Source: Penicillus capitatus
Taxonomy: Eukaryota > Plantae > Chlorophyta
Direction: 5' to 3'
Length of the DNA stretch: 64,000 nt
NCBI GenBank assembly: GCA_965649825.1
Contig: OZ287710.1
Location: 1-64,000, forward strand
Shown: positions 24,736-36,467 of the stretch, piece after piece
Position numbering within the stretch: position 1 is the first letter of the stretch
Layout: every line of letters starts with the position of its first letter
Made by a program: the position numbers and the translations under genes
The notes under the pieces: model-generated
The model's database searches: none
What the model was told of the DNA's origin: nothing
Seen by the model: only the letters and a program-made list of their open reading frames with translations

Positions 24736-26838
24736 TTATTCCTTTTGTAAGCAAGTGATCTTTTCTGCTTCGTCATCGTATCCAAACTGTTTCAGTATGA
24801 TCTTTATCTTGTCCACCTGCGTCGATGTCCATTCTTCCGCCCTTTTATCTTCCGTAACCGATTGAACTGCTGGAAGGATTTCGCTCTTGTCCAAACATTG
24901 TGTTGTGGATGCACTCTTCAACAGCATCACCAGTCCCTTGGCTGTAAAAACAGACATGGGGCGTTTCATCGCCTCCAACATCAAAGGCCTGATCAATTGA
25001 TGATCAGTGCTACCAACTTCTTCCAGTTTTCCAAGTCGATAGAGCATCCACGTAATTTTGAGCAGTTCTTCTTCTGTGTAGCCTTCAAGTCGCTGTGACG
25101 TGGAGCATTCTGCTGCAAACGCAGCTAAATCTTCTTTGCTCTCGTATTCCATCTCCCTCCAAACAGAGAAGAACTGTTGGAAGTCTTTCGCCGTGAGTTG
25201 TTGCATTCTCTCTTCCTTTCTCAGCTGCTGCACAACTTCTCCAAAACACATGTTGAATAGCGGACCAAGAACAGACAGTCCATGCGCCAGATGGACAAGA
25301 ACAGAATTGTCCCATCCGTCTAGACACACGGGTTGAAAGATTTCTTTGGCAAGCGATGCGACATTCTTCATCCCGAGCGTCTTCTTGATGTTGGGGTAGA
25401 GGAAGATTTTGATTTTTGTCTCCAAGTTGCATTTCAGTAACTTCTCTGTATCTTTTAACCGATCGATAACTGGCTGAGTGTATGCCTTCTCCAACTGCCC
25501 TAATACTCTCTGCGCTTTGAAGAGTTCGAAGAGCTGCTTTGTGGAGTATTCTGCCATTCGAACTTCGTTTGTCGCTTCCTTTCCCAACAACTCGAGCAAT
25601 CGACTGTCTCTGAAAGTGACTTTGGACCATCCAACGTAGATGTCGACCAAGAAATGAGAGTCGAGAGAACAGATGCGTTCGGAATCCACGACAGCCTTCA
25701 GAATCTCTCTCCAGTGATTCGGATGCATATGCTGCAATTCGCCCATTGCCCAGATAATACGACTCAGCGATCCATCAGGCAAATACTTCCATTTGTGAGA
25801 GTAAATAATTTCTCGGACAAACAGTGTCACGATCTTAGGCTCACAGAAATTCAGTCGTGCACAGCCAATTAAGATCTCTTCGAGGTGCTTCGCCAGAAAT
25901 CCATTCAATCTGTTCTCTTTCAACACCTCTCCCAACGTTGCTCGCACATGTGTATCATTGTCATACTTAAAGTGTCCCCATGCATTCAGCAGCTTTGGCA
26001 GTGCAAATGTCGGAAGAGCTGACAGATGTGCCACTGCTGCCTGAGACAGGATCTTAATGTGCTCCGGATTGGAGTAGTTTCCCGCATGAAAAGCATCCAA
26101 GAGATTAACGATCGATTTGCCAAGGGTGTTTCGTATCCGGTGTGGCTTGATCGCCTCCTCCGCAAAGGCCCGAAAAACACTCACATCTTCCAGCTGCATC
26201 ATCGAAAAGCCAAAGGCCACTTGGGCGAGTCCCATACCATCATACGTGATCAATCTCTTCCGAACGGTCGTTTCTTCTACGAGCAGTTTGAGGAATGACC
26301 GGATGATGTGGGGCTCGGCCACCAGACGATGCTGTTTCTTCATCAGTCCAACTGAGTGAACAATTCTTGCCATCTGGTTTGATGTGTATTTCCTGATCTC
26401 TGCCTGGGAGAGCGGTCCTTGGATGAGTTTAATCAAGAGCTCAGGTGTCATGCTTTGGCGTTTTGTCCATTCGGCTAGACGCAGCACCATACGATCGCGT
26501 TTGAGAACCGGCGACATCTTTTGCGAATACCATTCCGAAGGGAGATCATACACCAAATGCGTCGTCTCTTGTAATGCATGCTTTTCTGTCATCTCCACTT
26601 TCTCGTGACCAGTGGGTTCCAGTTTCGAATCGGCGACGGCCAGTGTGGAAAAGTTCGTCGCTGATGTCCAACCCTCTGTCTGATACGATCCGACGAAAGC
26701 ACTGGGCAATGTTGCCGAACGAGAGACGGAGAACGGTGTGGACCATGTCCAAAGTGAGATGCACTGACGCCATGCTGCCCTACATTCGTGCCGATCTGCC
26801 AAGTGCGACGTCAAGGAGATCCCTTACCTGCAGCGCAT
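24736..26838 (-). CDS. Organelle-targeted helical-repeat (OPR/RAP/FASTK-like) RNA-binding protein, ~39-aa repeats
   Basis: ATG 26838 (MRCR) splices via a GTAAG...TAG intron to AAWRQCISLWTWSTPFSVSRS (presequence-like). The rest is one exon with ~12 degenerate helical repeats. Confidence 0.7.
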
Positions 26839-26847
26839 GATGCAGAA

Positions 26848-28710
26848 ATGGTACGACAGATCGATCGGTCCATGGCACCGAGGCTGGTGACGTCGGCGAC
26901 GTGGAAGGTGTCTTACCGCCCGCCGCCTCAGAAAAGCAGAACTCGGCGATGCATATCTCTGACACCACGATGCACCGTATGTCTGTCCGAGTACTCTGTG
27001 TGCAGAACATATAGGGGGATTTGTAGAGTGCTGGAAAGATACAAAATCTGGAAGCGGATGTGCTCCAGGCACTGTCTTCGGTGATCGATCCGGATTTGGA
27101 TCAGAACATTGTCGAGGCTGGGTTCATTAAGAATTTGCAGATCACAGATGCACAGGATGTCTCGTTTTCGGTGGAGTTGACAACTCCTGCATGCCCGATC
27201 AAAGCAGAATTCGAGCGACAATGCCAGGAAGTCGTCGCGAAGCTGGAATGGGTGGGTCAGGTCGATGTCACGATGACTGCATCGTCTCCGATCGAGCAGC
27301 CTTTGTCCGGTCGGCCTGGGGGACTCAGAGACGTCACACATATTGTGGGAGTGTACAGTTGCAAAGGAGGTGGTGCTCTCACTCTTTTGGTCCTCTGGAA
27401 TGCCGAACGTCGGTGAAGGTGTCGGAAAATCGACGGTCGCTGTTAACTTGGCCTATACCTTGGCACAGATGGGTGCACGAGTTGGCATCTTTGATGCTGA
27501 CATCTATGGACCGAGTCTACCAACAATGGTCTCGCCAGAATTGAGAGTCCTCCAAATGCACCCCGAAACAAAAGAGATCACTCCCACTGTGTATGAAGGC
27601 GTAAAATTGGTGTCTTTTGGATTTGCTGGGCAAGGCAAGCGTCCAATCTCTGCTTGGGGCAAAAATGGCGATGCTGTTTTGGTGAAGGCAGTGCAATTAT
27701 GAGGGGCGCGATGGTATCTGGTCTCATACAACAACTGCTGACACAGAGCAATTGGGGTCATCCATGACCGCATGTCACAGTGAGGAAGGTGTATGTGCGA
27801 TTCAGGGAAGCTGGATTATTTGGTGGTGGATTTTCCTCCTGGGACAGGAGATATCCAGTTGACGTTGTGTCAGTCTGTAGCCTTCTCCGCGGCAGTGATG
27901 GTCACCACGCCACAGAAACTCTCATTCATCGATGTTGCAAAAGGCATTCGCATGTTTGCTCGCCTCATGGTATGTGCCCTTTCGATGACCCCATTCCTTT
28001 GCAAGAATGGAATTAGGTGCCTTGTGTGGCCGTGGTTGAAAACATGTCCTACTTCGAAGCAGATGGAAGAACATACTATCCCTTTGGAAGAGGCTCCGGA
28101 GAACGGATCCAGAGAGATTTCGGATTGCGGCATCTCATTCGATTTCCAATCATCCCAGATCTTTCTCTCGCAAGTGATGGTAATGAATTAACGTTGTCGA
28201 AGGAAGCTTGCTGTGGTCGGTGGGTGCTTAGACGGAAAGCCTCTCGTTGTGGATCACCCAACGAGTGACATCGGCCGAGTCTTCACAGACCTAGGCGCCG
28301 TTGTTGTGCAAGAGATCGCCAAGCTTCGCAAGAGAGAAAAGAACACAGCCAGACACGACACCGAACGTCAGCTCATTGTGATCTCGATGCCTGGAGAAGT
28401 CGATGAGGAGTTCTGTCTGGAACCGAAAGTCGTTCGCGAGAATGACACCTCGGCCAAGAGCATTGAAGAATGGACAGGTAGGAACACCATCACGCGTCCT
28501 CATCATCTCTTTCCAATGGTTGGGATAGGGAGCGCGATGACACCTCTGATAGATGTGGATACTCCTCCATCTTACGAGATCGAGGCGATTCAGCCTCTGG
28601 GGAACTATGCTGTGCAGCTGACGTGGAAGGATCAGTTCAATCAGGTGGCGACTTTTGAACTGTTGGCGTCCCTTCCACGCGTCAAGATTTCTTCTGTGTC
28701 TCCTGTATGA
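26848..28710 (+). CDS. HCF101: Plastid Fe-S cluster carrier HCF101 (DUF59 + Mrp/NBP35 ATPase + DUF971), 7 exons
   Basis: [18 protein letters not shown]...[15 protein letters not shown]|[66 protein letters not shown]. One GC-AG intron (27635-27687). Start at 26848 or 26872. Confidence 0.95.
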
Positions 28711-28859
28711 GTGCCTTATCTTTTCAGTCAAGGTTCATTGCAAGTTACACGTTTGAATTATCTGTTACCAAAAGCAAAGTCCTGTCACACAGAGAGATGA
28801 ATCGAGCCCACTCGCAGCGGTAGGAGCAATCTTAAAAGAGCAAACGATCATGAATTGAA

Positions 28860-30290
28860 CTATACAATGCCGTACTGCTGTAACACAGCCCGGGCTTCGT
28901 TGATGGTCTGTGGCAAACGGCCATCTTTAAAGTACTACATCAAACACACATTAGTAATGCACACATCCGGCCGAAGCACTGACCTTGTGCCAGTGCCTTT
29001 TTCTTTGGTTGATAAACCAGTTGTTGATCTGCGTTGCGCTCAGCCCAGTTTGCGCTTCCAGATCTCTCTTGGCATCCTCCTAAAATGCAAAGCGCTCTTC
29101 GTATCTGTTGCAAACCCATTCCATCTTACTGAGGGATACGGCCAGACGAGGTTCTTAGACCACCATTCCTTTAAGATGACCGTTGCATCGGGGGGCAATT
29201 TTCCTTTCTTCTTTCGCCCGCTGATTTCATTATTTAAGCTCAGAATCTGGAATGCATACCTGTCACATCAACGCCATGCATCATCTCTCCTTCGACAGCG
29301 ACACTCGAAGGGCGTACTTTCTTTTCAGCCGAGCGCGCATTTCTGTTTCATCTCCTGTGTAGACATTTGCGGCGGCGCGAATACTTCCAGCGCTCAGGAT
29401 CGATCCAATCTGCTTCTTGAAGAGATTGCATGTGTTCTCCGCTTCTAACCAGGTCATGGTCACTTCGCGATTAAAGGACTCGATGGCACTGCAGGACTGT
29501 TTGAGGAATGCATCCACCTCGAGGGAGCTATCATCAAGTCCCTGAGCGTGAACCATCTCCACTGCCTCTGCAATTTCCCGAAGAGACTTCGCACGTTCCT
29601 GCTCAATTCCACTACGACGGTTGGCACTTTCTCCGATCATACGCCCTGTTCACCCGTTACACCATCGGTCAAGTCATGAAGAGCATGACAGACAGCATAC
29701 CCTCGAAAATGAGTTTGACGAGGCGTTCGTATTCAGGATTGGCCATGACTTGAAGTTGTTGGGAAGGTAAAGACGCGACATCCCGTCGAGTTTCCTCACG
29801 TTTCCCACGCAGCACATCATCGACGACTTCGCCGCTTTTTGTATCGTCGGCCATTTTCACTGTTTGCTGTTCCATAAAAAGCGGTGCGCCCTAGAACAAA
29901 GTTTTTCATCTTTCCCGCCTATGTGTGTTCGTTCGGCGTTCGTCCGTCAATGTCATAGGCGTTAAGCGCGTGTCTCGTTCACAGGGTAAACCTTTGGCAT
30001 TGAACGGCGCAAATGAATGTTCTGTCCTCGCGACAGGACGGGATGCGACACTCCGAGGGTCTACTCAAAACAACAAGGCGCAGAAACGAATGCCGCGTAC
30101 GTCCATTAATCACCAAACCGCCACCATTTAAACGCGGACGCCGAACAACCGCATCGCGACGATGGAGACCACGCACTTGCCCAGTGGTCGCACAAGAACC
30201 GTGTGTACTTTCTGACACAATGGGAAGTTGAAAAGACTCCGGTGTCGCGTCATAGAGCTGTGTACTGAGATAATCCAATTCCTCAGACAT
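28860..30290 (-). CDS. KNOX: KNOX-class TALE homeodomain transcription factor (KNOX1-KNOX2-ELK-HD; GSM1-like)
   Basis: Spliced [16 protein letters not shown] (KNOX1-like), [24 protein letters not shown] (KNOX2-like), [13 protein letters not shown]|ILSLNNEIS (ELK), homeodomain [30 protein letters not shown]|[32 protein letters not shown]. The two most 5' exons are less certain. Confidence 0.93.
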
Positions 30291-30450
30291 TGTCTTGCCC
30301 TCGCCTTGGGATCCACGACGGACGTCGACCGTTTGTAACCGATGCGTGTTATGCTTGCGAGCCTGCTTACGAGATCGAAGCGAGAATGGCCGAAAGGCAA
30401 TGAATCACGGTGCGTCGAGGTTGGAATGACGTGACGTTGAGGACATCGAT

Positions 30451-31538
30451 ATGCGCGTCGTCTCGTTGCTGCCATCGGCGACAGAGATCGTCGCCTGCAT
30501 CGGCGGAGAATCGACACTCGTCGCTCGCAGTCACGAGTGCAATTTTCCACCCGGTATCACTCGACTACCTGCACTGACGGCGGCAAAGACGTCGTTCGAG
30601 AATTCGAGACAGATAAACGATGCAGTGACGCAAACGCTAAAAAGCGGAGCGGGGTTGTACACGATTGATGCCGATCTCTTGAGAGAGTTGGATCCCGATG
30701 TGATCGTTACGCAATCCGTCTGCGCCGTCTGCTCGGTGGATTACACTATGGTGAAGAATCTGGCAGAGACGATGACGAAACAACCAACCATCGTGGATCT
30801 CAATCCCCAGTCGCTAGAAGAGGTCCTTGAAGGATGTCGACTGGTAGGAATTGCTCTTGGGCTCGAAGCTAACGCAGCATCTGTGATACAATCCCTTAAA
30901 CAACGGGTGGAAGGTGCGATGGACATCGTCCGGCAGTTTCCTCTGAAGCAGAAGCCGAAGGTCTGTTTGCCTTCTTTGGTCCTCCCGTTGAGGCGCCGTC
31001 TGCAAATGCAGGTTGCCTTCTTGGAATGGGTGGATCCAATTTTTGTGGGAGGTCATTGGACACCGCAGCTGATTCAGATGGCAGGAGCATCTCATCCACT
31101 CAATCCACCAAAGTCACTCTTCTCTTCACTATTTTCCTTGCAACAGCTGCACTGTGTTCAGGGGATCTGGCGACGCTCTGGCATCATACGCCATATCTAA
31201 CGAAGATTTCTGCGATGCCGATCCAGACTGGATCATCATCTGTCCTTGCGGGCTCGACATCGGCGAGAGCGAGAAAGAAATGCAGACGATCGTAAAGAAA
31301 GAGTGGTGGTGAGAGATCGTTGATGTTGTTTTATTTTATTCAAAGGTTTTCGTTTAGGCTTCGACTGCGAGCCGTGCGAGAACAACACGTCCTACTGGTG
31401 GACGGCGATCAGATGTTTAATCGTCCAGGACCTCGTCTTGTGGATGCGCTCGAATGGCTTGTGGCCCTTTTTCATGATTTGCCAGAACGCTTGCCTCCTT
31501 CCTTTCCTTGGAAGCATCTATTGTCATCAGTTGAATGA
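30451..31538 (+). CDS. BtuF-like cobalamin/Fe-siderophore periplasmic-binding-protein fold, 4 exons, no signal peptide
   Basis: MRVVSLLPSATEIVACIG...VARSHECNFP, LRELDPDVIVTQSVCAVCSV, FLEWVDPIFVGGHWTPQLIQMAG, DPDWIIICPCG, VDGDQMFNRPGPRLVDALE. Three GT-AG introns restore frame. Confidence 0.85.
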
Positions 31539-31689
31539 TCATACCGTTTAAGGAATCTAATACACCCACAGCTTTCGTAGGCATGGATTTTCACACACAA
31601 GCATTGAGACACAAGCATTGGTCAATCTCATTCAAAAAGCCACTCTCAAGAACCATGAGAACAGCATCTTGGTCAGAAGCCTCCACTGG

Positions 31690-33702
31690 TCACGTTGCTC
31701 TGCCTTTTGCCTTTGTCCGTTGCTGCTGCTTCTCTAACTGATTCGAGATGGCCGTGAGCAATGCAAAGACCAAAGCTGTCATCGTCATCATGGAGATACC
31801 CACCTAGAGTGAGAAAACGCACACAAGTGAGAACAATGGTGTGAGCAACAGGACCTGAATCCACCAATGCTTGTCGTCTGAGTTATCACCAGAGCGTCCC
31901 CCGCCTCCTCCCGAGTCACCATCCCCACCGTTTCCTCCATTGCCGCCGTGTCCAAGCCACATCATTGTTCCGATTTCTCTAATTCTCTTTAAGCGATCGA
32001 CTTCCCTCCATTGATTGTATCCCCTCGTGGAAGTGGAGGCCGCCTGTGTGGCTTGTGTCTTCCTTGTCTCTTGCAGAATGGATGGGGGAGTGAAGAAAGA
32101 AGATGAACTGTCTTTTGCACTGTCTCCTGATGCATGACGGCTTTCCTTGGCATAGTTCTTAATGTAATCCAATCCCCTGAACTTTTGCGTCGGGGGTGAC
32201 ATCGAAGGTGTTGATGGCACAGATGCTGCAGGTGGGACGATCTTCTCTTTCTGGGACGGAGCCCGTTCCACTTTGACAGGCGATTCTCGCTGCTGTTGTG
32301 CTGCACTTCCAATTTTCATGGCTCGCAACCTCCTTTCTGACTCCATCCGCATTTGCTCCTTTAGTTCCTGTTCGCTCTCTGCTTTGGATTTCTCTGCAGG
32401 CTGAAGGATGGGTTCTTCGAGCACCTGCTCCTCATCTGCACTGTCAACAGATTCTCCCGTCTCGATCTCAAAGTTGGCAATCTCATCAAGAATCTCTTTG
32501 GCTCGATGAACAACGACAGATGATTCCTCGTGGGCACAGTTTTCTTCTTCCACCCCCAATGAACCAAACGCCTCGACATTATTCTCCAGTATCACCTCGT
32601 CCAATTTATAATCTTCTGCTTGCGTGGACACCTCTTCGACTGAATCTTCTTGAAGGGTATCAACAACGTCGCGATTGTCAGAAGCCTGTTGCTCCTCGAT
32701 GAGCTCATCCAGCACATCATTGTCCGCAATATCCTGCATGGCCGTCTCGGTGAATTCCGAAACTGTTTCCTGCTGTCTTTCTTCAGCGTCGGACTCCGTA
32801 GAAAGGACTTCCTCTGGAATCACTGCTTCCAGTATTCCTTCATCTATCACGTCCAGAAACGCAGATGGCTTCATTTGCTCTTCGGAAATATGTTTAGCCG
32901 AAAGCGGCTCTTCTGATGGGATACCTAACAAAGATTTGAATTCATTATCGACGTGATCTTCGTGCCATCCTTCCACTTCTGGCACTAGGCTTTCTTCCGT
33001 GCCTGTCTCTTTCTCGTTCTCCGGTTCCACAACACTTCGACTCTCGTACAGATGCGCAGCTGCGCTGTGTGAGATGGACGCATGTTCATCTTGGACGTTC
33101 TCTAGCAGGTGTGCGTTTTCTTCCGACTGCTCTCTTGAAGATTCCTCCTTCTGTGTTGCACCTCCTTCGAAGTTCATCTCTGCGTTCGCGACATGATCAT
33201 TTTTTCGTCTCCAAACGATCGGCGTTGCCGTCAATGTTTCCGACACCGTTTGCTGTAGTTTCTCCAGGATCGACGGAATCTGTCGTCGAACAGAGCGTTC
33301 CCGGTTGCGGGGCAGTCTTTGCCGCCGTGTCGCGGCATGACCCGTTTGCGTAAGACTCTTCAGCGCTTCAGTTGTGAGGGACGCCCCTCGGAAGGCGGCT
33401 GCCGTTAAAATGGCTCCCACTCCGTATCCCTCTTTCAACAGACCGGTCACCACTTCTAACTTTTTCCGCGACTCCTCCTCCGGAGCAGAACGCGAATGGC
33501 GCTGCGGCGAATCGTTCGTTGACTCCTCGTTGCTTTCTGTTTCGAAATCTCCCGTGCTCGCGACACTACCTGTCGGTGCAGGGAAGCGTCTGTGGAAACG
33601 TACGTAGACCCCACGTACAGGATGTCGCGGTAAAGAAGATTCTTTGCTAAGAAAACGCGACGGATTGGGACCCGACGCCACCGTAGAGCCACGAACGTCC
33701 AT
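31690..33702 (-). CDS. Acidic, largely disordered protein with transit-peptide-like N-terminus, poly-Gly stretch and C-terminal TM anchor
   Basis: 632-aa ORF. A GT-AG intron after HWWIQ joins VGISMMTMTALVFALLTAISNQLEKQQQRTKAKGRAT* (stop 31690-31692). Confidence 0.65.
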
Positions 33703-33830
33703 AAAGCAAAGCGCGAGGATCCTAACACGACGAAGGACCTCGGCGCGCCAGCGCGGCGATCAAGTCGTACACGACGATGACAACGACGTTCTTGCAAGCG
33801 TTCCGTCGGCCACATCTAACGAGGCGCGCG

Positions 33831-34628
33831 ATGTCTTACACCTACCAGTTTGGCATTCTCGACGGAGAAGCAGATGCCAAGTGGAAGATTGGCGTGTAGG
33901 TGGCCACGACCATCGGTGGCGGCGGATATCGCTGTCGTGGCGAAACGGACGTCAGCTGCCCCTACACAACTCCTGTTGATCCAAAGAAAAAACCCGCCGT
34001 TTCAAGTGTGCGCACTAGATGGCGGTGAAAAAAAAGAGAAAGGAGAAGTGGTAGGGTCAATGGGCATTGCCAGGGGGATTCGTAGACGAGAACGAACCGT
34101 TGAAAGCAGCAGCAGAACGTGAATTACAAGAAGAAACGTCCATTAATCCCAAGGATGTTCATCTCTTCCAAGTCCTCTTCTACCGAATCCGAATCTTCTT
34201 GATACCAGCCAGCTCTCACTCACTCTTTAGGTGGGCAGCTACGGAGATCCAGGGCGAGATCCTCGAGGGTGGGCGATCTCTGTGTTGTACGGGGCGGTCG
34301 TTGAGGGACCAGACATCGGAGTTCAAGCAGCGGTCTTATGATCTATCGGTCTTCTACGTGTCAATGTATGCGATTCCAGGATGATGCTTCAGATGCTCGA
34401 TGGTTTGATATTGCTCATCTACCCAAATTAGCTTTTGATCACAAGGTTCTTGTGAGAGATGTCATCGAGAGAATTAGACAGCGTTCGTCACAAATGGGTC
34501 ATGATGCCTTCTTTCCCTTACACGAAACATCACCTCATACATGTTCTCTAGGTGTACTTGATGCTGATTTGGATGCTGCGCTGATTTCGGAAACGCTTAG
34601 GGGTACTTGGCGTCCTCCATCCGATTGA
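33831..34628 (+). CDS. Nudix hydrolase (bacterial-like ADP-ribose pyrophosphatase/MutT type), 6 exons
   Basis: Spliced MSYTYQ|WPRPSVAAD...LLLIQRKNPPFQ|GQWALPGGFVDENEPLKAAAERELQEET (Nudix box)...|VGSYGDPGRDPRGW...|DDASDARWF...LAFDH. Confidence 0.9.
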
Positions 34629-34694
34629 AAATGTTGGGAAACAACGGAAGGAACTCAAGACAAAACTGCTGTTGGCGACATATCGAGGACGTTG

Positions 34695-36312
34695 CTAATT
34701 GAGACCCCACAGCTCAAGCTTGATGATCTTGAACTCTTCTTTAGACGCAATGCATGGACTTCCAAACGTATCACAAAGACCACTGTGCCCATAGAGAAGG
34801 TCGGAATCTAACCAAATGGCAAAGTGTCCCGTACCACCCACCGCCAAAGAATCCGGAGATCCAAACATGAAGAAATTATTACGCACTTTAGAATCTTGTT
34901 TCCATGGATAACAAACACGATGCGGCTGCACGACACACACATGTACTCAGTCAGTCACGAGCTCCGACAAGGTGGATGATATGGGTACCTCGAGTTGGAA
35001 GACAAATGTTTCGCCCGTCCCGTAGAATCGCGGTCCCATCTTCCATGCTTCTGAACAGTATCCGCCGAAGATAAAATCCGAAGTGTCTTTCACTAACAAA
35101 ATAGTCGGAACAACGCCAGCTGCTTTTCTGTACAATGTCTGCAGGCTAATCCCATGCTTGTCAGTCGAATAGATCAAGTTCCATGAGGAATGACGAAAAC
35201 GTGGTGGTACAGCACTGGTGAGGCAACGAACGAGCTCTTCGTTGATCAGCTCACTCTTAGACGTCATTCCAGGAAAAGGTCCATCCGGAACAAGATGCTT
35301 GGGAGGAACCACCATTCCCTCAGCGGAAAAGGATGATGTTTGCTGCAGTTCTGGAATGACAACAGGTTCGACGGTTGGTCCCTTCGACGGCTGACTCTCT
35401 TCGACCGAAGCGGCACGAGAGGCAGCATCAGACCATGTTTCGATCTGTCGATTGATGAATGATTGTGCGGCGACGCTGGCTTCAAAGACAAGTTGTTTGA
35501 GTTTCGATCCACCCCCTCCGTCTTTCCACAAAACTTGCCAGACACTCGTACCAGATTGATGCTTTCGATCATCTGTACCCAGACTGTTTGCTTCTGTAGT
35601 ACCACCCCAGGAACTTCGTTGCAAGTTGGGGGGTCCCTTGGGTGCGACAGGCTTCTCATCGACTCCCTTCCGGGTCATTTTTCTTGGAGATGCCATATCT
35701 TCTGTTGCTTTTGATTTTCCAAAAAGGTAAGATGTCCAACTTTTGGATGCCAGTTTCTACAGGCACATGGAGTTTTCAGTCAGCTGTGCCAGACAGATCT
35801 CACCGGTTGGTGATTGAGAAGACCAACCTTTTCGGCCGATAAATTGGTCATACCGACGAACTGAGTGGCACCAATCCTCGCTTTAGATTCGAATACTTCG
35901 ATACACTCTGGATTTGACGAAAGTGAGGCTGGGACCTGGACACCGCACGAACATACTCTTCCAACCACCCCGTCGCGAAAGCACGCACTTTTCCTTTCTT
36001 AGTGTAAAGAATAATGGGATACTCCTCGTGTAGACGATAGTTGATGCTTTCCCGACTCTGGAGGGTGCGCGGCGTTTTTTCTTCTCGTGGGGTTTCAGCT
36101 TCTTCGACGTTACGAAAGCGACGCGAGATGGTCGACGTTAAGGCCTGTTCGAGTGTCTGTCCGCCCGTTTGTTTGAGCTGTTCTCTGAGACGGTAATTCT
36201 CTTGCAACAAGTATTTTTCGCGAAGACGATAGGCTTCAATGCGAGCAAGGGCTGTCGCTAATGATGCCTGGGTGTCTTCCAAAGTTGCTAACAGACCAGA
36301 CGGCGTTTGCAT
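34695..36312 (-). CDS. TLDc-domain (OXR1-like) protein with N-terminal coiled coil, 4 exons
   Basis: ORF 35848-36312 splices KKGK|VPASLS...NHQP|KLASKSWTSYLFG in frame into ORF 34947-35696. TLDc: WNLIYSTDKHGISLQTLY, IFGGYCSEAW, FYGTGETFVF, NNFFMFG...LAVGGTGHFAIWLDSDLLYGHSGLCDTFGSPCI. Confidence 0.88.
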
Positions 36313-36467
36313 GGTGATTCCGCGTACGGCGATCCTGAGTCTGCCGCATTATACAAATTATACTGCATCGAGGTCCCGAGGCGATCGATAAGCCAGCGGC
36401 CCTGCATGCGAAACGGGACCGATCAAGAAAGCGCATACGGTCGAAGAAAACAACCACCTTCGGCAAA

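Noticed and set aside
24509-24754. 81-aa minus-strand ORF between RsmE and the helical-repeat gene
   Set aside because: It lies in the overlapping 3' regions of two convergent genes, starts at a non-ATG codon and has no motif.
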